Shown here in pieces: positions 36,799 through 46,303 of a DNA stretch of 64,000 nucleotides (positions within the stretch are counted from its first letter, which is position 1; every line of letters starts with the position of its first letter). Under the pieces are notes generated by a model that did no database searches, had not been told where the DNA came from, and saw nothing but the letters and a program-made list of their open reading frames with translations. The stretch comes from an uncultured Planctomycetia bacterium (GTDB lineage Bacteria; Planctomycetota; UBA8108; UBA1146). The stretch spans positions 135,448-199,447 of the forward strand of contig CAYRAM010000001.1 in assembly GCA_964422295.1 (NCBI GenBank), given 5' to 3'. Both the position numbers and the translations under genes were made by a program.

Positions 36799-39117
36799 TT
36801 ATTTGGTGATGACTCCTTCGGTGCAGACCAACAGTTCCTGGTGTGCTTGCGAGTCCTTTACGAACTTGTTTTCCTCCACATATCCGAGCGCTTTTTTACC
36901 GTCGTTGCACTGGGCATGGGGGTTGGCACCGCGGTCGAGGAGTATTTGAATGATGGCCGGATTGCTGTTGCAGCATGCGGCGACCATCAACGGAGTCATC
37001 CCCTGTTGATTTGTTGATTCAATGTTTGCTCCATGGTCAAGCATCAATGCGAGGATTTCAGGATTGGTGTTTTTGTATGCGGCTATGAGGAGTGGGTCCC
37101 AACCCTCCTGATTGCGAAAGTCCATCTTCGGAAATTTGCTCAAGAGCCGTTTTGTCACTTCCACTGAAGTGTTGCCGTAGGCTGCGATCATCAAGGGGTT
37201 CCAGCCAGATCCATTCAGTAAAGAAGCATCGAGATCGGAGCTGAACAGGAAATCGACGATCTGTGGGTGGTGTGAATTTGCGGCGGCATACATCAGCGCA
37301 GTTTCACCCGCTTCGTCCTGGGCATTCAAATCCGCACCTTTTTCAAGGAGGAGTTCCAGGACACCGGGATGGGACGAGTGGCTCGCTGCCAACATCAATG
37401 CGGTGGCCCCTGAGTGGTTGCGGGCATCGACGTCAGCACCATTGTCGATCAGGGAGTGCAGAACTTCCACGTTGGAATTATGATGCGCAGCGATCATCAG
37501 TGGGGTCCAACCGTCTTCATCCCGAGCATCCATCTTCGCTCCCCTTTTCAGGAGCAGATCGATCAACCATGGCTCGCCAGAGTTGCTGGCCGCATACATC
37601 ATCGGTGTCCAGCCGTTGGCGTCCTTGGTTTCGATATCGACGTCATTTTCCAGAAGCAAGTCGAGGATGGCTGTCACGCCCGTTTTTATCTCTTCTTCTT
37701 TTTGCTGAGCCTCTTGGATTCGTTTTTCTGAGCGCTCTTTGGCTTGGTCGAGGATTTCTTTTGCTTTGTCATCATCCGCGACTTGCGCCTTCAATTGTGC
37801 TCTTTCCAGAGCTCGTTTCGCATTCCTTTGGGCATATTTCACCGTTGGTTTTCTTGTTGTGATCAGCGTAACCAGGATAGGCGGTTCCCCAGCAAGGGTT
37901 GCTAAGTTTGGATCGACGCCACGATCGAGGAGCATCTTTGCAAATTCTCCATGCAACCTGTTGCATGCAACATGAAGGGGGGACCAGCCATTTTTGTTGA
38001 CTGAGGTGGGATCAGCCCCCGATTCGATGAGCGCTATTCCAATTTCAGGATTGACTCGATACTTTGCGGCGAGGTGCAGAGAACTGTATCCCGCTTTTGT
38101 TCCAGCATTGACGTCCGCCCCCGCCTCAAGAAGGATTTTGATAATCGCGGGATCAACATTTTTTGATACTCCCCGCTGCAGAGCCGTAAGATCTTGTCGG
38201 TCAGGGGCGTCGACCTCTGCGCCATGGCTGATGAGGAGACGGATGACTTCCGGATCTGCGGGTCGGTTTTCTTTTTCCGCATTTGGCTCGCGATGAGTTG
38301 CATACCGTTGAAACTTGAAGCGGCCGTTCCGATCACCCAATGCAAGGGTGAGAAGAGGGGAGATTTCACGAGAGCCTTCCTTGTACACCTCATTGACGTT
38401 TGACCCCGATTCAATCAAAGCTTTCACGAGATCAGCCGGGGCTCCGGTCTTGATGGCATGCATGAGAGCGGTGGAGCCTTGGTCGTCCTTTAATGCGACG
38501 GGGGCTCCCCGTTCGATGAGCAATCGTGTGATCTCGCCGGAAGAGTTGTGTTTTGCTGCGAGATTCAAAGGATTTCTACCTGTTTGATACAGCCTGCCAG
38601 CACTGGCACCACCGTCGAGCAAGGTTTTCGTCAGTTCGGGTGAATCCAAAAGGATTGCCTGTTCAATAGGGGTTCTCCGATGATCACCGGGGTCTTCGGT
38701 GTAAAGATGTACGCCATTTTCGATCAGCAATTTTGCGATCTCTGTGCGCGTAGAATCTCTTTCCTCGAAGTCCGGAGCCATGATGAGGTGAATCGCTCGC
38801 CCTCCCGTGGAACTCTTTGTATTCACATTGGCACCCGCCTGGATCAATCGTTCGATCACCTCCGGTTTGTAGGATCTGCTGACGGCAGTCAGTAAGGGGG
38901 TGTATCCGCGCGTGTCTTTGCCGTCAACTTCTGCACCCATCTGTATCAGTCCGGAAACGGCATTGACGTCATTGACGCCGTGAAGGTTCAGGGGGGTCTT
39001 CTTCGAAGGTTGCACGTCTGTACAGCCGATGAGGCAGATCAGTGGCGAAACCTGAAGCAGGGTGCAGAGCAGTGCCCGAACAAAAGTTGACATCGAGAGC
39101 CTCCATTCCGCCTCCAT
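36799..39117 (-). CDS. Ankyrin-repeat lipoprotein (772 aa, about 20 ANK repeats)
   Basis: Signal peptide/lipobox (LICLIGCTD). Repeated ANK consensus occurs throughout (GxTPLMxAAxxGHxxVVxLLLxxGADVNAxDxxGxTAL...). An alternative start lies 8 codons downstream. Confidence 0.9.
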   Translation of the reverse strand: MEAEWRLSMSTFVRALLCTLLQVSPLICLIGCTDVQPSKKTPLNLHGVNDVNAVSGLIQMGAEVDGKDTRGYTPLLTAVSRSYKPEVIERLIQAGANVNTKSSTGGRAIHLIMAPDFEERDSTRTEIAKLLIENGVHLYTEDPGDHRRTPIEQAILLDSPELTKTLLDGGASAGRLYQTGRNPLNLAAKHNSSGEITRLLIERGAPVALKDDQGSTALMHAIKTGAPADLVKALIESGSNVNEVYKEGSREISPLLTLALGDRNGRFKFQRYATHREPNAEKENRPADPEVIRLLISHGAEVDAPDRQDLTALQRGVSKNVDPAIIKILLEAGADVNAGTKAGYSSLHLAAKYRVNPEIGIALIESGADPTSVNKNGWSPLHVACNRLHGEFAKMLLDRGVDPNLATLAGEPPILVTLITTRKPTVKYAQRNAKRALERAQLKAQVADDDKAKEILDQAKERSEKRIQEAQQKEEEIKTGVTAILDLLLENDVDIETKDANGWTPMMYAASNSGEPWLIDLLLKRGAKMDARDEDGWTPLMIAAHHNSNVEVLHSLIDNGADVDARNHSGATALMLAASHSSHPGVLELLLEKGADLNAQDEAGETALMYAAANSHHPQIVDFLFSSDLDASLLNGSGWNPLMIAAYGNTSVEVTKRLLSKFPKMDFRNQEGWDPLLIAAYKNTNPEILALMLDHGANIESTNQQGMTPLMVAACCNSNPAIIQILLDRGANPHAQCNDGKKALGYVEENKFVKDSQAHQELLVCTEGVITK

Positions 39118-39308
39118 CTTAGGCTACGTCCGTTTTCGGGGGAATATCCATGATTCCCCCCTTCAACGAAAGACATCCGGGATGGGGATCGATTCGGACC
39201 GGGTCAGTGGTCATTTGAAACCGCGATGGATGGATCGAAGGAATGCGGAAGTGAAGAAAAAGTGTCCCCCAAGCAACCTGGAGGCCACTTGGGGGCAAGG
39301 CATCAAAT

Positions 39309-39384
39309 TGGTGGACCTGAGGGGGCTCGAACCCCTGACCTTCGCACTGCCAGTGCGACGCTCTCCCAGCTGAGCTACAGGCCC
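39309..39384 (-). tRNA. tRNA-Ala (anticodon GGC), CCA encoded
   Basis: The reverse complement is GGGCCTGTAGCTCAGCTGGGAGAGCGTCGCACTGGCAGTGCGAAGGTCAGGGGTTCGAGCCCCCTCAGGTCCACCA. The G3:U70 alanine identity pair is present and the anticodon loop is CTGGCAG. Confidence 0.9.
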
Positions 39385-39690
39385 ATATTGAGATTGGGGA
39401 AGGGGGATTGCTCCAACGAAATTGGCCTTTGAGGGCTCCCTTGCCCAATCCCAAAGCATAGCCGTGGCGTGTCTTGCGTCAAGGGAACCGATTGTGAGGC
39501 GGCATGGGAGCACCTACGATCACGGGGTGGAGTGGGGATCTGACGGGGGCCTGGGAGGTTTCCGAACTCGGCATCTTCGAATCCCGCGGCGATCGGCAAT
39601 CGGGGAAAATCGCGGCCTGCTCACAGGTGTTGGCAGATCGGTGCCGCCCCCAAAGCGATCCCGAACCAAAGTGATGGAATCGAGGCCCGA

Positions 39691-42438
39691 ATGGGCGTGG
39701 ATCTGAGAGATATCGAAAAACGTTGGCAGGAGCTTTGGCGTGAAAATCCGCTGCCGTCTCCGGTGGTCGCCGATGACGAAGAGCGCGCCAACGCAGCAGC
39801 AGAAGAAGAGGATCGATCGGCGGAGGAGAAGCCGAACTCCGAATCCCATGCCGAGTCGGAACCGGATGCCAGTCCCGACACAAATCCAAATACAAATCCT
39901 GATGGTGGGCAGGAGACGGATGCGATTGTTGGGGAGGAGAACTCTTCAGCAACTTCGCCTGGGGAAGATGCAGGGGGACCTGAAACCGATGACCAGCATC
40001 CGGATTCCGAAGGGGGACCGGATGAGAGTTTGGCTTCGCAGGAAACGGAAGCCGACGGGGAAGATCCCTCCAATCCTGACGGGGAAGATCGCGTCAACCC
40101 CGCTGCGAATGAATCCAAAAAGTCTTCCAGCGAGAGAAGAAAGCGTAGACGGGGACCCCGCACCTTTTATTGCCTCGACATGTTCCCCTATCCATCCCTC
40201 GATGGATTCAGTGTCAGCCAATTGCGTGGGGTCGCCACCAATGACGTCGTCGCCCGGTATCAACAATCCCGTGGCAGAAGAGTACTTCGTCCCATCGGCT
40301 GGGATGCGTTCCAGGCTTCGGTCGAAGAGGAAGCGCGTCAAAATCAGATATCACCCCAGGAAGTGGTTCAACAAGGCATCGTCTTGATGCAGGAGCAGCT
40401 CCGAAGATTTGGTGCGCTGGTTCATTGGGATCATCAGATCGATACCAGCGAACCCGCTGATTACCGCTGGTCGCAGTGGTTGTTTTTGCAACTATTGGCG
40501 AAGGGGTTGGTGCACCAGGATGAACAGGGCTGGAAGGTCGCGATCACCGATTATGCCGAACCTCTCCACTCCGGTTTGAAACACCTCAAGTGGCCTCCAA
40601 GGACCAAGGCATTGCAACGCAATTGGATCGGACGTCGCGAGGGCACCAAGTTGGTGCTCAAAGCCCGATCCGAGTTGTACGACGGCTGGGAGGAGTTGGA
40701 CGTCTTCTGTCGGCGTCTGGAAGCCCTGCCGGATGCGAGTTTTGTGGTTCTCTGCCCCGAACATCCTCTGCTGGCAAAAATTGTCGATCCGATCCAAGAG
40801 GAGGAGGTTCGCCAACTGCAGGAACAAACTACCCAATTGGACGAGCGCGAACGAAAGGCCAAGCGAGCGGATGCGGCCGGTGTCTCCACCGGTGCCTTCG
40901 CCCTAAACCCGGCGACACTGAATACGATTCCAATTTGGGTGAGCAGTTATGTGATGCCGGAAATCCGTTTTGGTGCAATTTTGGGCATGCCGGAAGAGAA
41001 TGAAGCCCACAAAGAGTTCGCAATCCATCATGGAATCCCATTGACGGGGACTGTTTCGGTATCCGGTCGCCGACGTCGTCGTCAAAGTCGACGTCGTTCG
41101 GGTAGCGATGGGGCTGCAGAAAAGAAAGGCCTGCAGGGGTCACTAGGTTCCCGAGGCCTGACAGAACCCATCATCGATTACAAATTGCATGACTGGGTTT
41201 TCGATCGGCAAAGATATTGGGGAGTTCCGATCCCCGTCATCGAGTGCGCTGAGTGCGGATCGATTCCTGTACCTGAGAAGGACCTTCCAGTTTGCTTGCC
41301 TCAAGTTGAACGACTGCCGGAAGTGGGTGAAGGAGAGAATCCTCTCGCAACTTTTGAGGATTGGGTGATCGCTGACTGCCCAGGATGTGGTGCTTCTGCC
41401 CGCCGTTGCACCGACACGATGCCTGACTGGATCGGCTCATGTTGGGGACATCTGCGTTGTCTGGATCCCGGATACGAAGAAGCGATTGCACGCCAGGAGC
41501 ACCTGCAGCGCTGGACTCCGATCAATCTGTGTGTCGGAGGGATCGAACATGCGGAACTTCATCTGATGTACGTTCGATTCATCAGTCATTTCTTGGCAGA
41601 TTTGAAGGTCACTCCCCGAGAGGAGCCGTACCGACGCTTGTTCAATCAGGGGCGAATCAGGTCGCAGGAGAATGAGAATGGGGATGATCCTGAAAATTCG
41701 CGCAGAGGACCTCGGGTGATCGCCAGTGAATACTTTGATCGCTATGGGGCTGATGCACTGCGACTGCATCTTCTCTTTATGGGCCCACCACAAGACCATG
41801 CTGAATGGAGCGATGAAGGTTTGAAGGGGTGTGCCCGGTTTCTTCAGAGGACCTACGAGGGGATCACCTCACGCATCGGGCAGGGAAAATTTGTCAGTCG
41901 CAACGTCCTGGTCGCCAAGCACCGATTGATTCGCAGAGTCACCAGGGCAATTCGCACGTACAGACTGAACAAGGCAGTCAGTGCGTTCATGGAATTTGTC
42001 AAACTTTTGCGCAGTGATGAGTTTTCACCGGAAGAGGTCGACAAGCAGACGCTCAAGACTTTTACGATTTTGTTGGCACCCTTTGCCCCACACATGGCGC
42101 ACGAATTATGGGATCGACTGGGGGAGTCGGGAAAATTGTCCGCTGAACCATGGCCGGAGCACAGCAACGAATTGCTTCAACCGACAGAAATTGAACTGGC
42201 TGTCTTCGTCAACAATTCTCTGGTCGATCGTATTTCGGTGGATTTGGAAGCCACCAAAAATCAGGTTATCGACCAGGTTTTGAAACTCTCCTCGGTACAG
42301 GACCGTACCGGGGGCCGATCTGCAGACCGCGTGATCCATGTTCCAGATCGGTTGCTGAAGTTGATTTATACTCCCCAGGAAGAGGGCAAGGATGACTCCC
42401 ATGAGGAAGAACCCTTTTTTGATCCCAACCTGAAATAG
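39691..42438 (+). CDS. Leucyl-tRNA synthetase paralogue with degenerate catalytic motifs (pseudo-LeuRS)
   Basis: Colinear with bacterial LeuRS: EIE..W..W N-terminus, 'FYCLDMFPYPS', 'RRVLRPIGWDAF', 'ALQRNWIGRREG', 'RQRYWGVPIP', 'CVGGIEHAELHLMYVRF', 'YGADALRLHLLFMGPPQDHAEW'. Three catalytic motifs are replaced: HIGH reads 'FSVSQLRG', KMSKS reads 'RIRSQENENG', and the editing 'GHDQRD' Asp region reads 'MPEENEA'. It also has a ~150-aa acidic insertion and an Arg-rich insertion. Confidence 0.85.
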   Translation: MGVDLRDIEKRWQELWRENPLPSPVVADDEERANAAAEEEDRSAEEKPNSESHAESEPDASPDTNPNTNPDGGQETDAIVGEENSSATSPGEDAGGPETDDQHPDSEGGPDESLASQETEADGEDPSNPDGEDRVNPAANESKKSSSERRKRRRGPRTFYCLDMFPYPSLDGFSVSQLRGVATNDVVARYQQSRGRRVLRPIGWDAFQASVEEEARQNQISPQEVVQQGIVLMQEQLRRFGALVHWDHQIDTSEPADYRWSQWLFLQLLAKGLVHQDEQGWKVAITDYAEPLHSGLKHLKWPPRTKALQRNWIGRREGTKLVLKARSELYDGWEELDVFCRRLEALPDASFVVLCPEHPLLAKIVDPIQEEEVRQLQEQTTQLDERERKAKRADAAGVSTGAFALNPATLNTIPIWVSSYVMPEIRFGAILGMPEENEAHKEFAIHHGIPLTGTVSVSGRRRRRQSRRRSGSDGAAEKKGLQGSLGSRGLTEPIIDYKLHDWVFDRQRYWGVPIPVIECAECGSIPVPEKDLPVCLPQVERLPEVGEGENPLATFEDWVIADCPGCGASARRCTDTMPDWIGSCWGHLRCLDPGYEEAIARQEHLQRWTPINLCVGGIEHAELHLMYVRFISHFLADLKVTPREEPYRRLFNQGRIRSQENENGDDPENSRRGPRVIASEYFDRYGADALRLHLLFMGPPQDHAEWSDEGLKGCARFLQRTYEGITSRIGQGKFVSRNVLVAKHRLIRRVTRAIRTYRLNKAVSAFMEFVKLLRSDEFSPEEVDKQTLKTFTILLAPFAPHMAHELWDRLGESGKLSAEPWPEHSNELLQPTEIELAVFVNNSLVDRISVDLEATKNQVIDQVLKLSSVQDRTGGRSADRVIHVPDRLLKLIYTPQEEGKDDSHEEEPFFDPNLK

Positions 42439-42601
42439 TGGGTCCAGAGCGGTCGCTGACCGGTGTCATCCCTGATTCTTGAATCGTCGGCATTCAGCCG
42501 CCTTTTGCCGTTCCTCGACACTTCATCGTATTCTCATCTGTGGGTTCCATGTACTGGATTTGAGTTTCCAGGTTGGAGTTCGCGTGGAAACGGGGAATTT
42601 G

Positions 42602-43819
42602 ATGAGACTCGACTCGCAGAACAGACTCTGGCCTATGATTCTATCGGTGCTTCTCCTCACCGTGGGCTTGACCGGTCTGTGGAATGAAGATGAGCCGTTC
42701 CAATTTCATGACTCTGCATTAGCAGACAACTTTGTTTCATTGGACCGTTGGGAAATCTCCGGATCACGACAGCGTGATGCGGCTGTGAAGGACTTCCCCG
42801 ATCCAACTCCGATGGAATTAGACCCCATTCCTTCCTGTTCGGTGACTGGGCCCCTTTCGATGCCATTTGATGAAAGGGAGCAGGAACGAAGTCGCATCCT
42901 GCGCGATTTGGATAACCGTAGTGCGACTCTTACGCAGGATCTCAGACGTGAATGGCAAGAATCGCAGAAGGATTTTGAATCCCGAATGCGTGCGATTCTT
43001 GGGGGAGAAGTCGCAACGGTATCTTCATCCACACCGATGGGAACACTCCAGCCCGTTCGCACTGAACACAAAAGCAGTAATCACAAAAAAGTCGAGCAGA
43101 TGGTTTATCCCATCGTCCAGTTGAAGGGCAATGGCACTGTTGGCAGCGGTGTGGTGGTTGCAAATGAGCCCGGTTCCAAGGGTGGTTGGCAAGTCTGGAT
43201 ACTCAGCGCATTTCACGTCGTTGAAGAGGTACGGGATTTCAGGGTTTATGATTCGAAGGTCGTCGACATACACTTTTTCGACCCCCATCTGGGCAGGGTC
43301 TCCGAGGAGACGTTCAGGGGTTGGGAAGTGGTGGCATATCCGGAAGCGGATCTGTCCCTACTCAAGGTCAATCGACCCACTCCGTGGCCGTATCTTGCAC
43401 ATGTCGCCTCAGAAGAAATCTGTGATCAACTGAGTGTATTTGACACCGTCTACGCTGTGGGTTGCCCCCTTGGCAATCAACCGATCCCCACCCGTGGAGA
43501 GATCTCCTCACAGTACAAACCGGTGGGGGATGAGGTTTATTGGATGGTCAGTGCTCCGACCTTTTTCGGCAATTCCGGAGGCGGAATTTTCCTCTCCGAG
43601 AGTGGATTATTGGTTGGAATCAGCAGCATGATCTATACCTATGGCAAAAGGGCTCCGATGGTGGTGCCCCACATGGGTCTCTTCGTTCCCCTGGCCCAGG
43701 TGCGATCCTGGCTGCGTCGCGAAGGTTTTGCCCACCTTCTCGCTGTTTCAGAGGGGATCCCCGTAACCACCTCAGGGGTGGATCAAGACGCTGCCAGAGC
43801 TGATTTCGGGTCATTTTGA
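42602..43819 (+). CDS. Membrane-anchored trypsin-like (S1 family) serine protease
   Basis: TM helix (LWPMILSVLLLTVGLTGLW), 'SAFHVV' His region and 'FFGNSGGGIF' (a variant of the GDSGGP Ser motif). Start set at ATG 42602; the ORF track begins at 42479. Confidence 0.7.
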   Translation: MRLDSQNRLWPMILSVLLLTVGLTGLWNEDEPFQFHDSALADNFVSLDRWEISGSRQRDAAVKDFPDPTPMELDPIPSCSVTGPLSMPFDEREQERSRILRDLDNRSATLTQDLRREWQESQKDFESRMRAILGGEVATVSSSTPMGTLQPVRTEHKSSNHKKVEQMVYPIVQLKGNGTVGSGVVVANEPGSKGGWQVWILSAFHVVEEVRDFRVYDSKVVDIHFFDPHLGRVSEETFRGWEVVAYPEADLSLLKVNRPTPWPYLAHVASEEICDQLSVFDTVYAVGCPLGNQPIPTRGEISSQYKPVGDEVYWMVSAPTFFGNSGGGIFLSESGLLVGISSMIYTYGKRAPMVVPHMGLFVPLAQVRSWLRREGFAHLLAVSEGIPVTTSGVDQDAARADFGSF

Positions 43820-43992
43820 CCCCGGACCCCTCTCCTTGTATCCTGTGATGAACGAGATTCCGAATTTTGTCCCCGGGAGGGGACTAGGGGATCAATCAAA
43901 TCTCTGCAGGGATCCATTCCCCAACAGGGATTCGATTCAGGAACTTCTGTGGGTCCCTGAATAGACTGGATTTAACCGGAAGGATATCAGCG

Positions 43993-45126
43993 ATGAACGC
44001 TGGATCGAATATGACTTGGTTCCCATGTGCCATTCTCTCAGTGCTGTGGACGCTGGCTCTCTGTGGAGAGGTTTTGTCCCAGGATCCCCCCGCTCCTGCC
44101 AAGGAGGTCACCAAGGATGCTTCCGCAACCGATGACGGCGCCGACGGATCGGTCGACGACATTTTGGGTTTGCCGACCAGCGAGCCGGAAGCGGTGGCCG
44201 TGATCGATCGCTACCTTGAATCGGTGGGTGGCAAAAACCGCCTAAAAAGCATTCAGGACCGGGTCGAGCGCTTCCGCAATAAAAAGATAGAGCCTACCAA
44301 CGAGACGATCATGAAGATGTCACGGTTCCTCAAGCGCAATGACGGCGCATTGATGATTCGTGAAGAGTGGCAACTTCCCGGTCTTGGTCTGACCAAGAAC
44401 AACGAGCCTCTCAATTTCGTTCAGGTCTACGACGGTGAGAAAGCCTTCGTCAAAGCGATGGGCGCAGTCTCCCCGTTGGCAGGCAAGACCTTGATCGTGT
44501 TCGTGTGGGACAAGCACATCGATGACTTTTTCTGCACTTTTTCCGATAACGGCTACATCGCCAAGGTGGCCGCGGATGACGTCGTCCTGGGCAAGGCATG
44601 CAAGGTGGTGGAACTGAACTCTTTCGCAGGTAATCAACGCATGTTGTTTGCCTTCAGCGATGAAGACGGACTCTTGCTGCGCAAGACGTGGCAAGAGGGT
44701 CAGGCACCTGCAGTGATCACAAAAGAAGTCTTCTACGAAGATTACACCCGGATCCGCTTCAGCGACGATCGCAATCAGTGGATCAAAACTCCCATCTCCA
44801 AGAAGATTTTTGAAGACGGGGAACTCAGCCTTGAAGTCAACTTTGATGAAATCACCCTCAATGCGGGGATTTCCTCCAACATCTTTGGTCGTCCTGACGG
44901 ACGATCCTTTGAAGAGGTTCGCCGCGAGCGAGAAGCTGCCAGAGCCAAAGAGAAAGAAGGCGTTGCAGGGGGCGATGCAGCCGAAGGCGATGAAAAGAAG
45001 CCGGTCTGGGAGAAGCCGAAACCAAAGCCGAAGCCTGTGTGGGAAAAACCCAAACCAAAACCTGCGCCGAAGCCGGCTCCAAAACCAGAGCCGACTCCGG
45101 AGCCCACACCTGAACCCAAGCCTTAG
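43993..45126 (+). CDS. Secreted protein with C-terminal (K/E)P-rich repeat tail
   Basis: Has a signal peptide (CAILSVLWTLALCGEVLSQ) and a C-terminus of 'KPVWEKPKPKPKPVWEKPKPKPAPKPAPKPEPTPEPTPEPKP'. Confidence 0.5.
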   Translation: MNAGSNMTWFPCAILSVLWTLALCGEVLSQDPPAPAKEVTKDASATDDGADGSVDDILGLPTSEPEAVAVIDRYLESVGGKNRLKSIQDRVERFRNKKIEPTNETIMKMSRFLKRNDGALMIREEWQLPGLGLTKNNEPLNFVQVYDGEKAFVKAMGAVSPLAGKTLIVFVWDKHIDDFFCTFSDNGYIAKVAADDVVLGKACKVVELNSFAGNQRMLFAFSDEDGLLLRKTWQEGQAPAVITKEVFYEDYTRIRFSDDRNQWIKTPISKKIFEDGELSLEVNFDEITLNAGISSNIFGRPDGRSFEEVRREREAARAKEKEGVAGGDAAEGDEKKPVWEKPKPKPKPVWEKPKPKPAPKPAPKPEPTPEPTPEPKP

Positions 45127-45157
45127 GGCGCGTACGGGTTAATTTGCTGCATGATTT

Positions 45158-45200
45158 GCAAAAGGGTGTGACCGCTTTCAGCGGTCACACCCTTTTTTTG
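45158..45200. terminator. Bidirectional rho-independent terminator between convergent genes
   Basis: caaaaGGGTGTGACCGCtttcaGCGGTCACACCCttttttt: a perfect 12-bp stem flanked by an A-run and a T-run. Confidence 0.8.
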
Positions 45201-45223
45201 GGATCAAATGGGCTGCTGGTGGA

Positions 45224-46303
45224 TTATCCCGGGTTGGGGCTGTTGTTTTTCAGTACGAGTTGACCACAAGCTCCATCAATATCGAGACCGCGGCTGCGTC
45301 TTGCAGTGACCTGTCCCTCATAGTGGTGGCATATCTCTTCTCTGAATCTCTCGACAGTTTCTTCATCCGCTGCTTGGAAGGGGGCACCTTCGAAGGGGTG
45401 AAACGGCAATAGATTGATGTGGCCATGGCACTTGCGTGCAAAAGCAGCCAATGCCAAGGCCTCGTGGACATCGTCGTTCACTCCTGGCAGAACGACATAT
45501 TCGAGGCTGATACGACGAACCTTGTTGCGCAATCTGGAGAGCGTGTCGAGCAGATCGGAGAGGGAGTGCTTCGACTGAATGGGGACGATTCGCGCACGGG
45601 TTTCCTCGACGGCACTGTGAAGGCTGACTGCCAAGCGGATCTGCGGATGTTCTTCAATGAGAGGGGGAATCTTTGGCACGATGCCGACGGTAGACACCGT
45701 GATGCGCCGGGGGCTCATGCCAAATCCCATCGGCGATGTCAGCCACTGCAACGACCGTGAGACGGAAGCAAAATTGTGCAACGGTTCACCCATGCCCATG
45801 AAGACCACTTGGGTGACTCCGACTTTCCCCTCCGAGCGGGTGAAATGGTCCACGGCATGCCATTGTCCGACAATCTCACTGGAAGAGAGATTACGGGTCA
45901 GTTTCATCGTTCCGGTCGCACAGAAGGTGCAGCCGGCTGCGCAACCCACCTGACTGGAGACGCACAGGGTTCCCCTGTCCTGGGTCGGGATCCAAACAGC
46001 CTCGACAGATTTTCCGTCTGCGAGATCAAAAAGGAATTTCAGGGTTCCGTCACTGGATCTCAGTACCGTGTTGATCGAGATCGGTGGTGCCAGGATATCG
46101 GCCGCCAGTTCTTCTCGAATCATCTTGGGAATAGTCGACATTTCTGAGGCCAACAAAGTTCTTTGTCCGATGAGATGCTCATGAATTTGACGTCCCCGAT
46201 ATGCGGGAAGATTTCTATGGCTACACCACGAGGAGATTCGCGCTGCGGCTACTTCTGGATCGCCATCGAGCAGATGTTTCTCTGGATTTCGCTGGGAGTT
46301 CAT
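45224..46303 (-). CDS. rlmN: 23S rRNA (A2503-C2)/tRNA methyltransferase RlmN (radical SAM)
   Basis: 'CVSSQVGCAAGCTFCATGTMKL' is the CX3CX2C motif, and 'GMGEPLHNF' plus a conserved C-terminal Cys region are present. Confidence 0.9.
   Translation of the reverse strand: MNSQRNPEKHLLDGDPEVAAARISSWCSHRNLPAYRGRQIHEHLIGQRTLLASEMSTIPKMIREELAADILAPPISINTVLRSSDGTLKFLFDLADGKSVEAVWIPTQDRGTLCVSSQVGCAAGCTFCATGTMKLTRNLSSSEIVGQWHAVDHFTRSEGKVGVTQVVFMGMGEPLHNFASVSRSLQWLTSPMGFGMSPRRITVSTVGIVPKIPPLIEEHPQIRLAVSLHSAVEETRARIVPIQSKHSLSDLLDTLSRLRNKVRRISLEYVVLPGVNDDVHEALALAAFARKCHGHINLLPFHPFEGAPFQAADEETVERFREEICHHYEGQVTARRSRGLDIDGACGQLVLKNNSPNPG

Noticed and set aside
37263-37862. 199-aa plus-strand ORF
   Set aside because: Antisense to the ankyrin-repeat gene, whose ANK periodicity is unambiguous.
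39062-39454. Several 68-111-aa ORFs on both strands
   Set aside because: They overlap the tRNA-Ala gene and its flanks and have no coding signatures.
39621-40163. 180-aa minus-strand Ser-rich ORF
   Set aside because: Antisense to the acidic N-terminal insertion of the LeuRS paralogue. It mirrors that low-complexity region.
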